Shown: one piece after another, positions 29,901 through 41,900 of the stretch | Numbering within the stretch: the first letter of the stretch is position 1 | How the letters are laid out: each line of letters opens with the position of its first letter | DNA from: Balanoglossus misakiensis | Lineage: Eukaryota > Animalia > Hemichordata | Length of the DNA stretch: 64,000 nucleotides | NCBI GenBank assembly: GCA_040954595.2 | Contig: CM082591.2 | Coordinates: forward strand, 3,207,857-3,271,856 | Direction of reading: 5' to 3' | Made by a program: the position numbers and the translations under genes | Notes under the pieces: model-generated | What the model saw: only the letters and a program-made list of their open reading frames with translations | Databases searched by the model: none | What the model was told of the DNA's origin: nothing

Positions 29901-32900
29901 TTGCACCATCTGAGATCGGAATGTCATAATTCACAACTTCTTGATCATCACCGTCAGTATCTCCAATGGTCATCGGACCAGGACATGAGATCTCTGGTGG
30001 TGTTTCTGTAGATATGATGTTATGGGCAAAATGTGAATGAAACTAGCTTGTGATTACTTCATTCAATATTGTTTCATTTAGTACAATCATAACTGTTTAT
30101 CTATCATGGTCACATCTCATATTTAAGTAGGAAAGAACAAGAACTCACCATCCTCTGGTGGCACAGATAAAAAAAGAAGAAAAACATGCAATGTTAATAA
30201 TCAAAGAATTGACAAAATAAAATAATCAGCGTATCTGTAATGCCAAAATTTTAACTTGGGTTAATATTACTTTCATAATTTTTTTTAAATATTATAGCAA
30301 CTCATTAATTACTTACCTATGGTGACATTAAATGGGCATTCTGCTGTATTTCCTGCTGCGTCAGTTGCTGTGCATGTCACGACTGTTGTGCCAATTGTGA
30401 ACTCTGACCCAGGTGCTGGCTCACAAACAACTATTGCACCATCTGAGATCGGAATGTCATAATTCACAACTTCTTGATCATCACCGTCAGTATCTCCAAT
30501 GGTCATCGGACCAGGACATGAGATCTCTGGTGGTGTTTCTGTAGATATGATGTTATGGGCAAAATGTGAATGAAACTGGCTTGTGATTACTTCATTCAAT
30601 ATTGTTTCATTTAGTACAATCATAACTGTTTATCTATCATGGTCACATCTCATATTTAAGTAGGAAAGAACAAGAACTCACCATCCTCTGGTGGCACAGA
30701 TAAAAAATGAAGAAAAACATGCAATGTTAATAATCAAAGAATTGACAAAATAAAATAATCAGCGTATATGTAATGCCAAAATTTTAACTTGGGTTAATAT
30801 TACTTTCATAAATTTTTTAAATATTATAGCAACTCATTAATTACTTACCTATGGTGACATTAAATGGGCATTCTGCTGTATTTCCTGCTGCGTCAGTTGC
30901 TGTGCATGTCACGATTGTTGTGCCTAGTGTGAAGTCTGACCCAGGTGCTGGCTCACAAACAACTATTGCACCATCTGAGATCGGAATGTCATAATTCACA
31001 ACTTCTTGATCATCACCGTCAGTATCTCCAATGGTCATCGGACCAGGACATGAGATCTCTGGTGGTGTTTCTGTAGATATGATGTTATGGGCAAAATGTG
31101 AATGAAACTAGCTTGTGATTACTTCATTCAATATCGTTTCATTTAGTACAATCATAACTGCTTATCTATCATGGTCACATCTCATATTTCAATAGAAAAG
31201 AACAAGAACTCACCATCCTCTGGTGGCACAGATAAAAAAAAAGAAAAAAATGCAATGTTAATAATCAAAGAATTGACAAAATAAAATAATCAGCGTATCT
31301 GTAATGCCAAAATTTTAACTTTGGTTAATATTTCTTTCATAATTTTTTTTAAATATTATAGCAACTCACTAATTACTTACCTATGGTGACATCAAATGGG
31401 CATTCTGCTGTATTTCCTGCTGCGTCAGTTGCTGTGCATGTCACAATTGTTGTGCCAAGTGTGAACTCTGACCCAGGTGCTGGCTCACAAACAACTATTG
31501 CATCATCTGAGATCGGAATGTCATAATTCACAACTTCTTGATCATCACCGTCAGTATCTCCAATGGTCATCGGACCAGGACATGAGATCTCTGGTGGTGT
31601 TTCTGTAGATATGATGTTATGGGCAAAATGTGAATGAAACTGGCTTGTGATTACTTCATTCAATATTGTTTCATTTAGTACAATCATAACTGTTTATCTA
31701 TCATGGCGTTTTTCAAATGAAGCAATTTTACTGTGCTGCTGTGTATAATCTTTTCAAAAGGCTCATAACGAAACTCTTACCAATTACAAGTACTATTTTC
31801 AGACTTAAAACTCACTCACATCTCATATTTCAATAGAAAAGAACAAGAACTCACCATCCTCTGGTGGCAAAGGTAAAAAAAGAACAAATAATTTGATGTC
31901 AATAATCAAAGAATCCACAAAAGAAAATAATAAGCGTATCTGTAATGCCAAAATTTTAACTTGGGTTAATATTTCTTTCCTAATTTTTTAAATATTATAG
32001 CAACTCATTAATTACTTACCTATGGTGACATTAAATGGACATTGTGCTATATTTCCCGCTTCGTCAGTTGCTGTGCATGTCACGACTGTTGTGCCAAGTG
32101 TGAACTCTGACCCAGGTGCTGGCTCACAAACAACCGTTGCACCATCTGAGATCGGAATGTCATAATTCACAACTTCTTGATCATCACCGTCAGTATCTCC
32201 AATGGTCATCGGACCAGGACATGAGATCTCTGGTGGTGTTTCTGTAGATATGATGTTATGGGCAAAATGTGAATTAAACTAGCTTGTGATTACTTCATTC
32301 AATATTGTTTCATTTAGTACAATCATAACTGCTTATCTATCATGGCGTTTTTCAATGATCCTATTTATTGCGCTGCTGTTTCTTAATCTTTTTGAACCAC
32401 TCATTGATTTATTTTTTTCAAGTTGCAAGTTCTATTGTCTTGTGAAAACTTACTCACATCACACATTTCAGAAGAAAAGAAACAGTGACTCACCATCGAC
32501 TGTTGGCAAGGGTAGAAATTGAAAGAAATGATATTAACAATCAAAGAATCTATAAATTATTTTAACCAGCAGATTTTAAATGCACAATAATCAGAACCAT
32601 ACTTTTAACTTGGGTTAGTACTTCTGTGTTACAAGTTCTTCAATATTAAAGCTACGTGTGTCATGTGGGTCAAAACACACGTGTGTACGTATTATATGGA
32701 CGAACAAAATGAAAGTCTTTAGTTTATCATTTCAACAGTAACACACGGTCATGTAAATACCTCTCTTAATTTGGACATAGGATATTGCTCACCTATGATT
32801 ATAGCAAATGCACACTGTGCTGTATTTCCCGCTGCGTCGGTTGCTGTGCACGTCACGGTTGTTGAGCCAAGCATGAACTCTGACCCCGATGGAGGAGCAC

Positions 32901-35900
32901 AAACAACGGTTGCCCCAATTGAGATCGGAGTGTCATAGGTTACCAAATGCTTGTCGTCACCATCAGTATCGCCAAATGTCGTAGTATTCGGACATGAGAT
33001 CTCGGGGGCAGTTGCTGCAAGTGTTAAATAAAATGTTTCTTGTTATTAAAACAGTGTTAAAGAGAGTCATAGCATTGAATGAAGTTACTTATCTCTCTGT
33101 GACAGTCATAAACATATAAACTATAGACAGTGGGTATTTGAAGAAGCTAAATCTATATATAACAATTTGGTGGGATAATACCCTATTTCTAAACATGTGT
33201 TAAGCCATCTTTAGATGTAATTAAAGTATTCATCACTTACCATCCACTGCCGACATTAAAACAGGAAGTGTGGAAAAGAAAGAATTAAACATGTTTAATG
33301 AAAATATAATATTGTGTTTCTCACGTCAACCACCTTATGCTCTTTTTAAAACATAAGATATAATGACCTTAAAATGTAGGCACCAATATTAGAACTACAT
33401 AAATCTTTAACTTGTGGTTTATCTATGCAGTCACATTGCATGTAGTTAAAAAAGCGTATTTATGTGAATATAAGTAATACATTGATGATTAATCTATACA
33501 CCCAAAATCACTGTTAACTGTCTGATATAAAGTGAACTTATTTCCTTCCGGAAACGTTAAGGCAGTACCCTCCCCAGCATAATCCGAGCAAAAGTGGTTA
33601 CCTATGATGACATCAAATGAGCATTCTGCTTCATTTCCTGCATCATCAGATGCTTTGCATGTCACAGTTGTTGTGCCGAGCGTGAACTCTGACCCAGGTG
33701 CTGGCTCACAAACAACCGTTTCACCACCGTCTGAGATTGGAATGTCATAGGTCACGACTTCTTTGTTATCACCGTCATAATCGTGCACGGTCATCAGAAG
33801 GCGGCACGTGAACTCTGGTGGTGTTTCTGCAGATGTGATATTACATGGGGTTTAGTAGAGAGTTAGCATGTGATCGTATACACAGTCATGTAAATGTATT
33901 TGGATCCAAGACATTGTAGAAAATAACCTTATATACCTCTTAGTAATCACATGAATATGTCATACGTTTACGTCAGAATTATATATGGTCAGCTCAAATT
34001 AAGGAAAGATGTCAAATGGTCACAACGCCTTACTGATGATGTGGATGTGTATAATGTTAAGATATAACAATATTTATGAAATACTTACTATCCACTGTTG
34101 TTGACATGAAAGAAAATGAGAAAAAGGGTATGTTTGAAATATGGAAAAATATGCACAGAAATCCCTAAGACCACCTCAGCTTATATGGAGACCAGTATAA
34201 AATGTCCTTGTGTAATTTTGGTAACAATGAAAATGATTTCTGAGTGGCTATTATCGCATCCTGTTTTTTTGCCATTGTGTTAGCCCACCCTCGTTACCTG
34301 TTGGTATTTAAACAGTTTTTTTGTGACAATCTACATTCGGACTTCCCGGTTCATTGTATCTTACCTATTGTTACATTAAATGAACAGTCTGCGGTATTTC
34401 CCGCTGGGTCTGTTGCTGTACACATCACGGTTGTCGTGCCATAGTCGAAAACAGATCCGGATGGAGGGGAGCAGTCGACACTCACGTAACCAGAGTTGTC
34501 ACTAGCATCAAGATTGTAAACCACCCGTTCTCCATTACCATCTAAATCGTCTTGAATTATGTTGACTGGACAGAGTATTTCCGGGTTTGTTTCTTGGGTA
34601 AAGAGAATATGTTATTTTCATTAGGCAATTGTTGTAAAAGTATTATACAAAAAATGAATATAATAATTTCTAATGCACCCCCCCCCCCCCTGAATGTGGT
34701 CCTCATTGTGTACACATTCATAACAGTATGGACATGATATGCACAACATAATCCACAAGCATCAAGAAGTCTCCTATCCTTGTGCTCATTCCTTAATTTT
34801 AAAGATTCTCAAATGCTTAAAACACTTACCATCAGGTGGACATGGATCTATTAAAAATAGACAGAAATATAAGTGTGGTTAAGAAAGTGTATAATTGAAA
34901 CTAAATGTGTTCTTAACTTTCAATGTATATCCTAACTGTTGACCTGCATGGCTGCTTGCAACAAAATGCTCCATCATTTGCAGTGGTAGAGGCCTTATTG
35001 AAGATGGAATTTCAGTGCTTAATATTGTCTTTCATCCAAAACTAATCGAATCTGGTAGTGAGATGTTAAATGAAACATTTCTGTCTGCGGCCAGAATATC
35101 AAATTATGGTTTTCTTTTATCGGCACATGGGTATGTCCATGTCTAGACTATCGTGTTCATACAATATGCCATTCACACTCTTATACTTCACCTCTGCAGT
35201 TGCCCTCGTCGTCATTTCCGGCAGCGCAATGACACTGTCTGACACCGTCCACGATGGTACACACTTCCAATTCAGCACACGCATGTGCACTGCAGGATAC
35301 AGCATTGTTACCAGCGCAGGTACACAACTCACTGCAGTCAAGGTTGAACCAACTGTCCCCAACCTTAAAACCGGAAGCAATGTAATTAAAAACAGTCAGG
35401 TCAACAAGGCAGTTGTAAAATATGAAGACAACACAACAGAAAAAAACAGTCATATTTGAAGGGAGTTACTCACACTCCAGTACTGGCCGTCTACCACACA
35501 GCCACAGTCATTGGCTGGAACACAGTCTAGGCCATCCAGAACGTAACCTTCATCGCAAACACAGTCCTCAACGCACGGCTCATCACAATCGTCCTGGCCG
35601 GCGCAGTTTGCAGGACATGGGGAAACACAATCCGAGTATTGGGAGTTGGGAGGACATTCAACACCTTCAATGGGATTTAAAACAAAACAGAAGAATGTCA
35701 CGATGGAAAGACAACAATTTGATCTTCTCTTGTATTCTTAAGTTTGAATGGTATCAGGAAGGTTACTATGAGGATTGTTAGTATCAAAGGAACGAAAGGT
35801 GTTCAGTTGGTACAATTAATGTCGAAGGTGTAGCTCATCTGTTGTTGTATTTTCTCTCTATATGTTTTTTTTTCAATTACAAATTGATGAAATGCCCAAC

Positions 35901-38900
35901 ATTAGAGCCTAATGATAAAGCTTATATGTGTACAGTTACAACTGCTAGTTTGTTTTAAAAGTCCAGACCTTAACCCAAGAGCGGGTTATAATGGTTGTTA
36001 CTCTTCAAAAAACCAAGCAGAATATCCCTTAATAACAATTTGAGTCCATGCAAACTTACTGCAGTTCGTGCCCAGTCTGTAATTGGGCAAATTCACGCCT
36101 GCATCTTTGCAGTCGGCGAAGTAACCGTCATATTGAAGGCACAACATCGCTCCAGTCAGGCATAAATCGTAGACACAGTCGTCGAAGTAGGGATCGGGGT
36201 CCACTACGCTGTGGCAGTCAGCAAATGGGCCTTTGGTGTTGGTTATTCGGCCGCAGAGGTCTAGAGTTCTGTACGGTTTGGTGTCCTCGCAAACGGGATC
36301 TTCCGGAGCATCAGGACAACTGCCACAAAACACAAATATCATGCATAGTAGTATGTCGATCGATGTCCTAGGTGACAATTCATTTTTGGAAGAAAACCAT
36401 AATGATCATGCCTCACCTTTCGTAAACCTTCCAACTGTTTCCGAATTCCCTTCTCGAGGTCGTCACCGTTCCGTCGGGCATGGTGAAATCGTTGCTGGGG
36501 TCGGCGTCGCACGGCCCGCACAGCCCTCCAGTAACACCAACATAGGCATCGCTCATGCGAATCCTGGCCTTGTGAGAACCGTTCCACGTGACTGAAATCT
36601 TGCCGCGATATTTGAAGAGGATGTTCCTCCCTCTCTTTCGGATAATGTAATACTCTGCAACATAGGGTAGAGACACTTCCTCTCCATTGACCTGAAACAA
36701 AATCACACCGTCGGTTTTTTTTACCGTGGAAATACTCAACGAGTACTTCTAGACACCGGCTTTGTGGCGATATCGTGTACACTGTACCAGTTTCAGGAAA
36801 AGCACACCTATCTTTTATTCACTTTGACTCGTGCAAATCTAATAGAATTTGGTTCAACTGATTGTAAAGTGAGAACTAGTTTAGTTCACTCTAGCTACCA
36901 TTGTTGTCAAAACAGAACATTGATCCAAACAAAGTTGGTCTGGGAAGTTCTTCGTTATGTCTAAGATTTCAGTCATGCAGTTTCATGGTATGGATAAATC
37001 TTTAAGTGTCCCCAGACAAGTTTTGGTATATACATTCTATCTAAGAAAAGTAATGTTGTGATGTAGAAGACATACCCTAACAATTCTTCCTCGCAAAAGT
37101 TCAATTTTAGCGTCCTGCAGGTAGATGGTAATCTTGCGTGTGACAGTCGTGGATGGTCGACGAGGCGAGGGCTCGTTGGTCCCATCAATGCGGAATTCTG
37201 GGTAAGGCCCGCTCTTGTCTATGGCAAGTGTGTAGGTGCATCTGCCTTGAAAATTCATTCTCCTTCGGTCATATGTCATGTAGTGTGGATCCCCAGATGC
37301 ATCACATACGCAAACTGTTCAAAGAGAAGAATGGCAGCATTGTACATTAATTAATGTAAAATCTACTTGGGTAATGATATGGTGCTGCAATGGTTATTTA
37401 ATGATACTTACAGCATTCAACCACTACATTGAATGAGCAGAAAACACTGTTGCCGGCTGCATCAGTCGCCATGCACATCACTTCTGTTGACCCGCAGGGG
37501 AACACGTCACCAGAGTTATGTGTACATGTCACATCCGCCGAGCATTCACTGTCAGTGGTTGTTGGGGGTGTAAACTCCACAGCAGCACCCTGCAGACCGT
37601 CCACTCTCCTGTGGATGTCAGCCGGACAGTCGCTCATGGCAGGTGGGTTGTAGTCTGGCAAAAAAAGAGAATGGTGGGAGTTGGTCAAAATGGCGGGAAA
37701 CAGTATCTAATATTTGGAAAAAGACCATGTGATTACTGACATCACCAGTGCATCTACTAGAACAGTTCATCCACTCATACACTCCATTGAGCTCACAGGT
37801 GCACTCACCACAAATCACGGTTATTGTGAACGTGTTTGATGCAGAGTTCCCTTGGTCGTCAAATGCTGTGCACGTCACGTCTTTCTGTGTACCACAAGGT
37901 ACAGAAATGCCCGACATATCCGTGCATGTGACCTGTACATTGCCACAGTTATCGGTAGCTGCAGGCATGGGCCATGATACTGTCTCACCGTCGCCTTCAC
38001 AGTCCAGCAGGATCTGGTCTGGCAAACACTCCAGTTTTGGTGGTTCGGTGTCATCTGCAAAACAAATACAATCTATTCAAGTGGTCTATCTTTTGAGATT
38101 CGAATACGCATCAGTGTTGTTTGTTTAAAATCTGTTTTGTCTTGTTCGCATGTGTCCTTCCCCGGAGGTAACATTTGCAGCTACAAAACTCTGCAAATAT
38201 AGCGCTTCTACAGAACTGATCTTAGACACTGAGTAACGCCACAAAAAGTCTGTTGTGCTTACTACACTGGACGTTCACAGTAATGGAACACTGCGCTGTC
38301 AGGCCAGCCAAGTCGGTGGCAGTGAATGTAACCTCAGTCGAACCGGTTGGAAACTCATAAAACTGGTCGTGGCTTGAGGAGATATCTACGCGACCGCAGT
38401 TGTCTGACGCAGTCGGAGGTTTCCAGCACACTTCAGAACCAGTGCAGCTGCAGTCCAATGCCAGGTGCACATCATCGCCACATTGGATGGTCGGTGGTTC
38501 AACATCTGTCGGGGTGAAAAAAATGACCACATTATCGATTGTACTTATCCAGTAAGATGAAATAACAATTTGTGTCGAAGATAAAGCTATAATGAATTGC
38601 CTACTGAATATACCCGCTCCAGTCAGGACTTCAGCTGTCACTGTTTGTGTGCCATCTGCTATGTGGAATTATAGCTTGATTTGACTGTCAAGAGTCAAAC
38701 TTATCACTCTGTCTATCTGTCTCTAATTCTCCCTGTCTCCGTAAATCTATTGTGTATTGATGCCCCGCTCTCCGAGAAATGTCACAAATCCAATACAGAT
38801 TAACACGTGTCTGTAAGCCACTATCTATAACCACTAAGGCAAAACGATTTTGTCAAAGACATACCAATGCAGGAGACACCATCAGGAGCAAGCTCATAAC

Positions 38901-41900
38901 ATCCTGTGCAATTGCAACTGTTCGTCCCTGGTCCAGTTGATACACATATATCTTCGCACCCGCCGTTGTCAACTAAGCAACTGTCGGTACCTATTTGTAA
39001 CAAGATTTACAATCATGAAAACCACTTGAAAGATAGGGGAAAATTACACATCATGAATGATCGTCCCATTTTGCTCCTTTGCAATTAGTAAAGTCATGTA
39101 TGCCACCATAGGTGGTGTGAGTGATGTGTAATACAGAAATGAAGAAATATAAGTTGAAAAAGACTTGACTTAATATTTATTCAAAAGCAGAGGAATCAAT
39201 GACTTACTGCTGCATGTGAATCCATCTGCATTCAGATAATAACCTGTGTTGCAATGACACGTATATGATCCCTCTGTGTTCGAGCATGTTTGTTCACAGT
39301 TGTCGGTGCCGAGCATGCACTCATTGATGTCTGGAAGGGGAGAAAATATTATTAAATATTTGCACATATTTAGAAACCATCTATTTGGTGGGTAAACTGT
39401 TGGCATAATTACCCAAGCTTAGTGGAGAATTATTGACATGTATTTCAAATGATGTATATGACTAGCAACTTCAGAGGACTTGAGCAAAAGCATCAAACTG
39501 GTTTGGAAACAAGTTTAGTCCGCCAAGTGGTGCTTTTCTAGTTTGCATGCAGCAATCATTGTTATTTTTGGTGAAGTTGGTCATCTTACCGATACAGGAA
39601 ACTTGGTCTGAGTCGAGGTTGTAGCCATCGTCACACTGGCAAACATAAGTCCCCACTTCGTCGACACAGGTGTGATCGCACCCGCCATTATCTGTAGCAC
39701 ATTCGTCTATGTCTACAAATAATTGAAATGGAACCATTCCATATTAGCAATAGTTCGCAAAACCCCTGAGTTACATGGTTATGGGAGTGCAACACACATT
39801 CTTGTTATTGCGGATTTCCATTTGATGGGACGGGGGGTCGTTTCTGTGTTGCTCTTACATGTACCATGAAGAGAATTTCTGTTCCAAAAAATCATCCACC
39901 CACCCCCGAAATCACATGGTTCTCCCCTTAGAGGACACCGTGGCACTTACCATCACAGGAGTAGCCGTCTACACTCAAAGTGAAACCAGCCACACATTCA
40001 CAGTGGAAGCTACCTGGATCGTTGACACATATCTGCTCGCATGAATCGAGGCCCAACTCACATTCATTTATATCTGGCAAACAGATCAAAAGGGATAAGC
40101 ACAAGAATGTAAATCTCGCTGTCCACTTGTCTCTGTAACTTGCACTAACATGCATTGATTACATGACACTAATTGTGATTTTAAAAATCGCGAGCACAGG
40201 GTAGTCATGCACATTACGGATTTAGAGTTGAATAATATGAACTCAAACTTTAATACTGTAATAAACAGTGGCTTATTATCAACCATTATCTTACCATCAC
40301 AGGCAGTGCCATTGAGGACGTATCCAGGGTCACATAGACATTCAAAGGATCCGATGGTGTTGCGGCATTCATGTTCGCAGTCATGATTTCCAGTCAAGCA
40401 TTCGTTCTCGTCTGCAAGGTAAGCAATGGTGCTGTACATGATTCAGTCGATACACGGGTTTGGTCTTGTAGTAGATTACTGAACACTATATCATTAAACT
40501 TTCTTTCAATGAGGTTTGACAAAAATATATATGATAACATTCATATATCAATATACATACATACATTCATACATACAAACATACATACATACAAAAATTG
40601 CACACAATAAACATGTAACATAGATGTACATGTAGATACATGCATGTATAGTTGAACTCTTCAAATTCTTACCCCTGCAATTTTTTCCGTCATCTCTGAG
40701 CACGAAACCAGGAGAGCATGTGCAATGGAATGAGCCTACATCGTTGTTACATATGTCCTCACAGCCACCATTGTTGACCAGGCATTCATTTGCATCTGTG
40801 AGCAAGATCAGACAAAATCTTGTGCTTTGTAAGCGAATTTAGCGCTATTGGATACACCCCATGTTAGTATTTGTCGGAACTGTAATCGATTGTGATATCG
40901 ATTGGTGTTTAAATTGGATTTAAACAGTAGAGTATAAAACTGCCATTTCACTACCTGCATACCATTGACGTTTCATGCACTGCTACTATGCATGACGAAT
41001 TGCAATACTACGTACCAGTGCACGTGGCGTCATCGGATTCAAGTTCATATCCTGCAGGACAGGAGCAAATGACCTCATCTCCGATTGCAGTGCAAGAGTG
41101 GGAGCATCCGCCATTTCCGGAACTGCAAGCGTCAACTACACAAAAGATAAGAGTTAGACAATCGAATTACTGTGATCAATTCTGAGTGTTATTTGGCAGC
41201 TATATGTACATTATTTAAGCGTGGTTTTATGCATAGGTAACATAAATAAGAAAATTATTTCTTACTTAATGACAATTATGAAACATATCAACTCACAGTT
41301 TCCACAAGTTCTGAAAACAAAACGCCCTTTCCTTTTACAGTTGGAACGATTGTCGATGTTGGCCAAAAGTTTCTCGCTTGAACCGCTTATGGTCTTGAAT
41401 CTGATGTTATCACCGGCGTCTACTCCAGCTTGGGGTTGGGGCTGACAATCCGAGTCAATGAAAAAACATGTATTGTGTTAGATTCAAGTGAAGTTGACGA
41501 GATTCTACGTTGTTCTCACATGCCAGTAGGAACTGCTGTCGTGTGAGAACTACATACATACATACATACATACATACATACATACATACATACATACATA
41601 CATACATACATACATACATACATACATACATACATACATCAAAAGGACTTTTAGAGCGCCAAACTCCACTGCAATAGTGTTCAATAGCGCTTTACAATGT
41701 CAAAAAAACAATGTAAAGTTATTGTTAATAGGCTCTGTTAAACAGATAGGTCTTGATGTGTTTCTTGAAACTGTCAAGGCTAGGTGACTGGCGTACTTCT
41801 ATTGGAACACTGTTCCAAACGTACACACACATACATACATACATACACACACAGACACTCATACATACATACATACATACAAACATACATACATATGTCA

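Noticed and set aside
25526-31700. Regular array as a CRISPR or array-associated prokaryotic system
   Set aside because: Units are ~532 bp with no unique spacers, contain spliceosomal exons and introns, and no cas or reverse transcriptase gene is nearby.
22875-33794. Each 65-114 aa HYR ORF as a separate small gene
   Set aside because: They lack signal peptides, are bounded by AG/GT in phase 1, and their ORF ends (IGK*) are donor-site read-through. They are exons of gene D.
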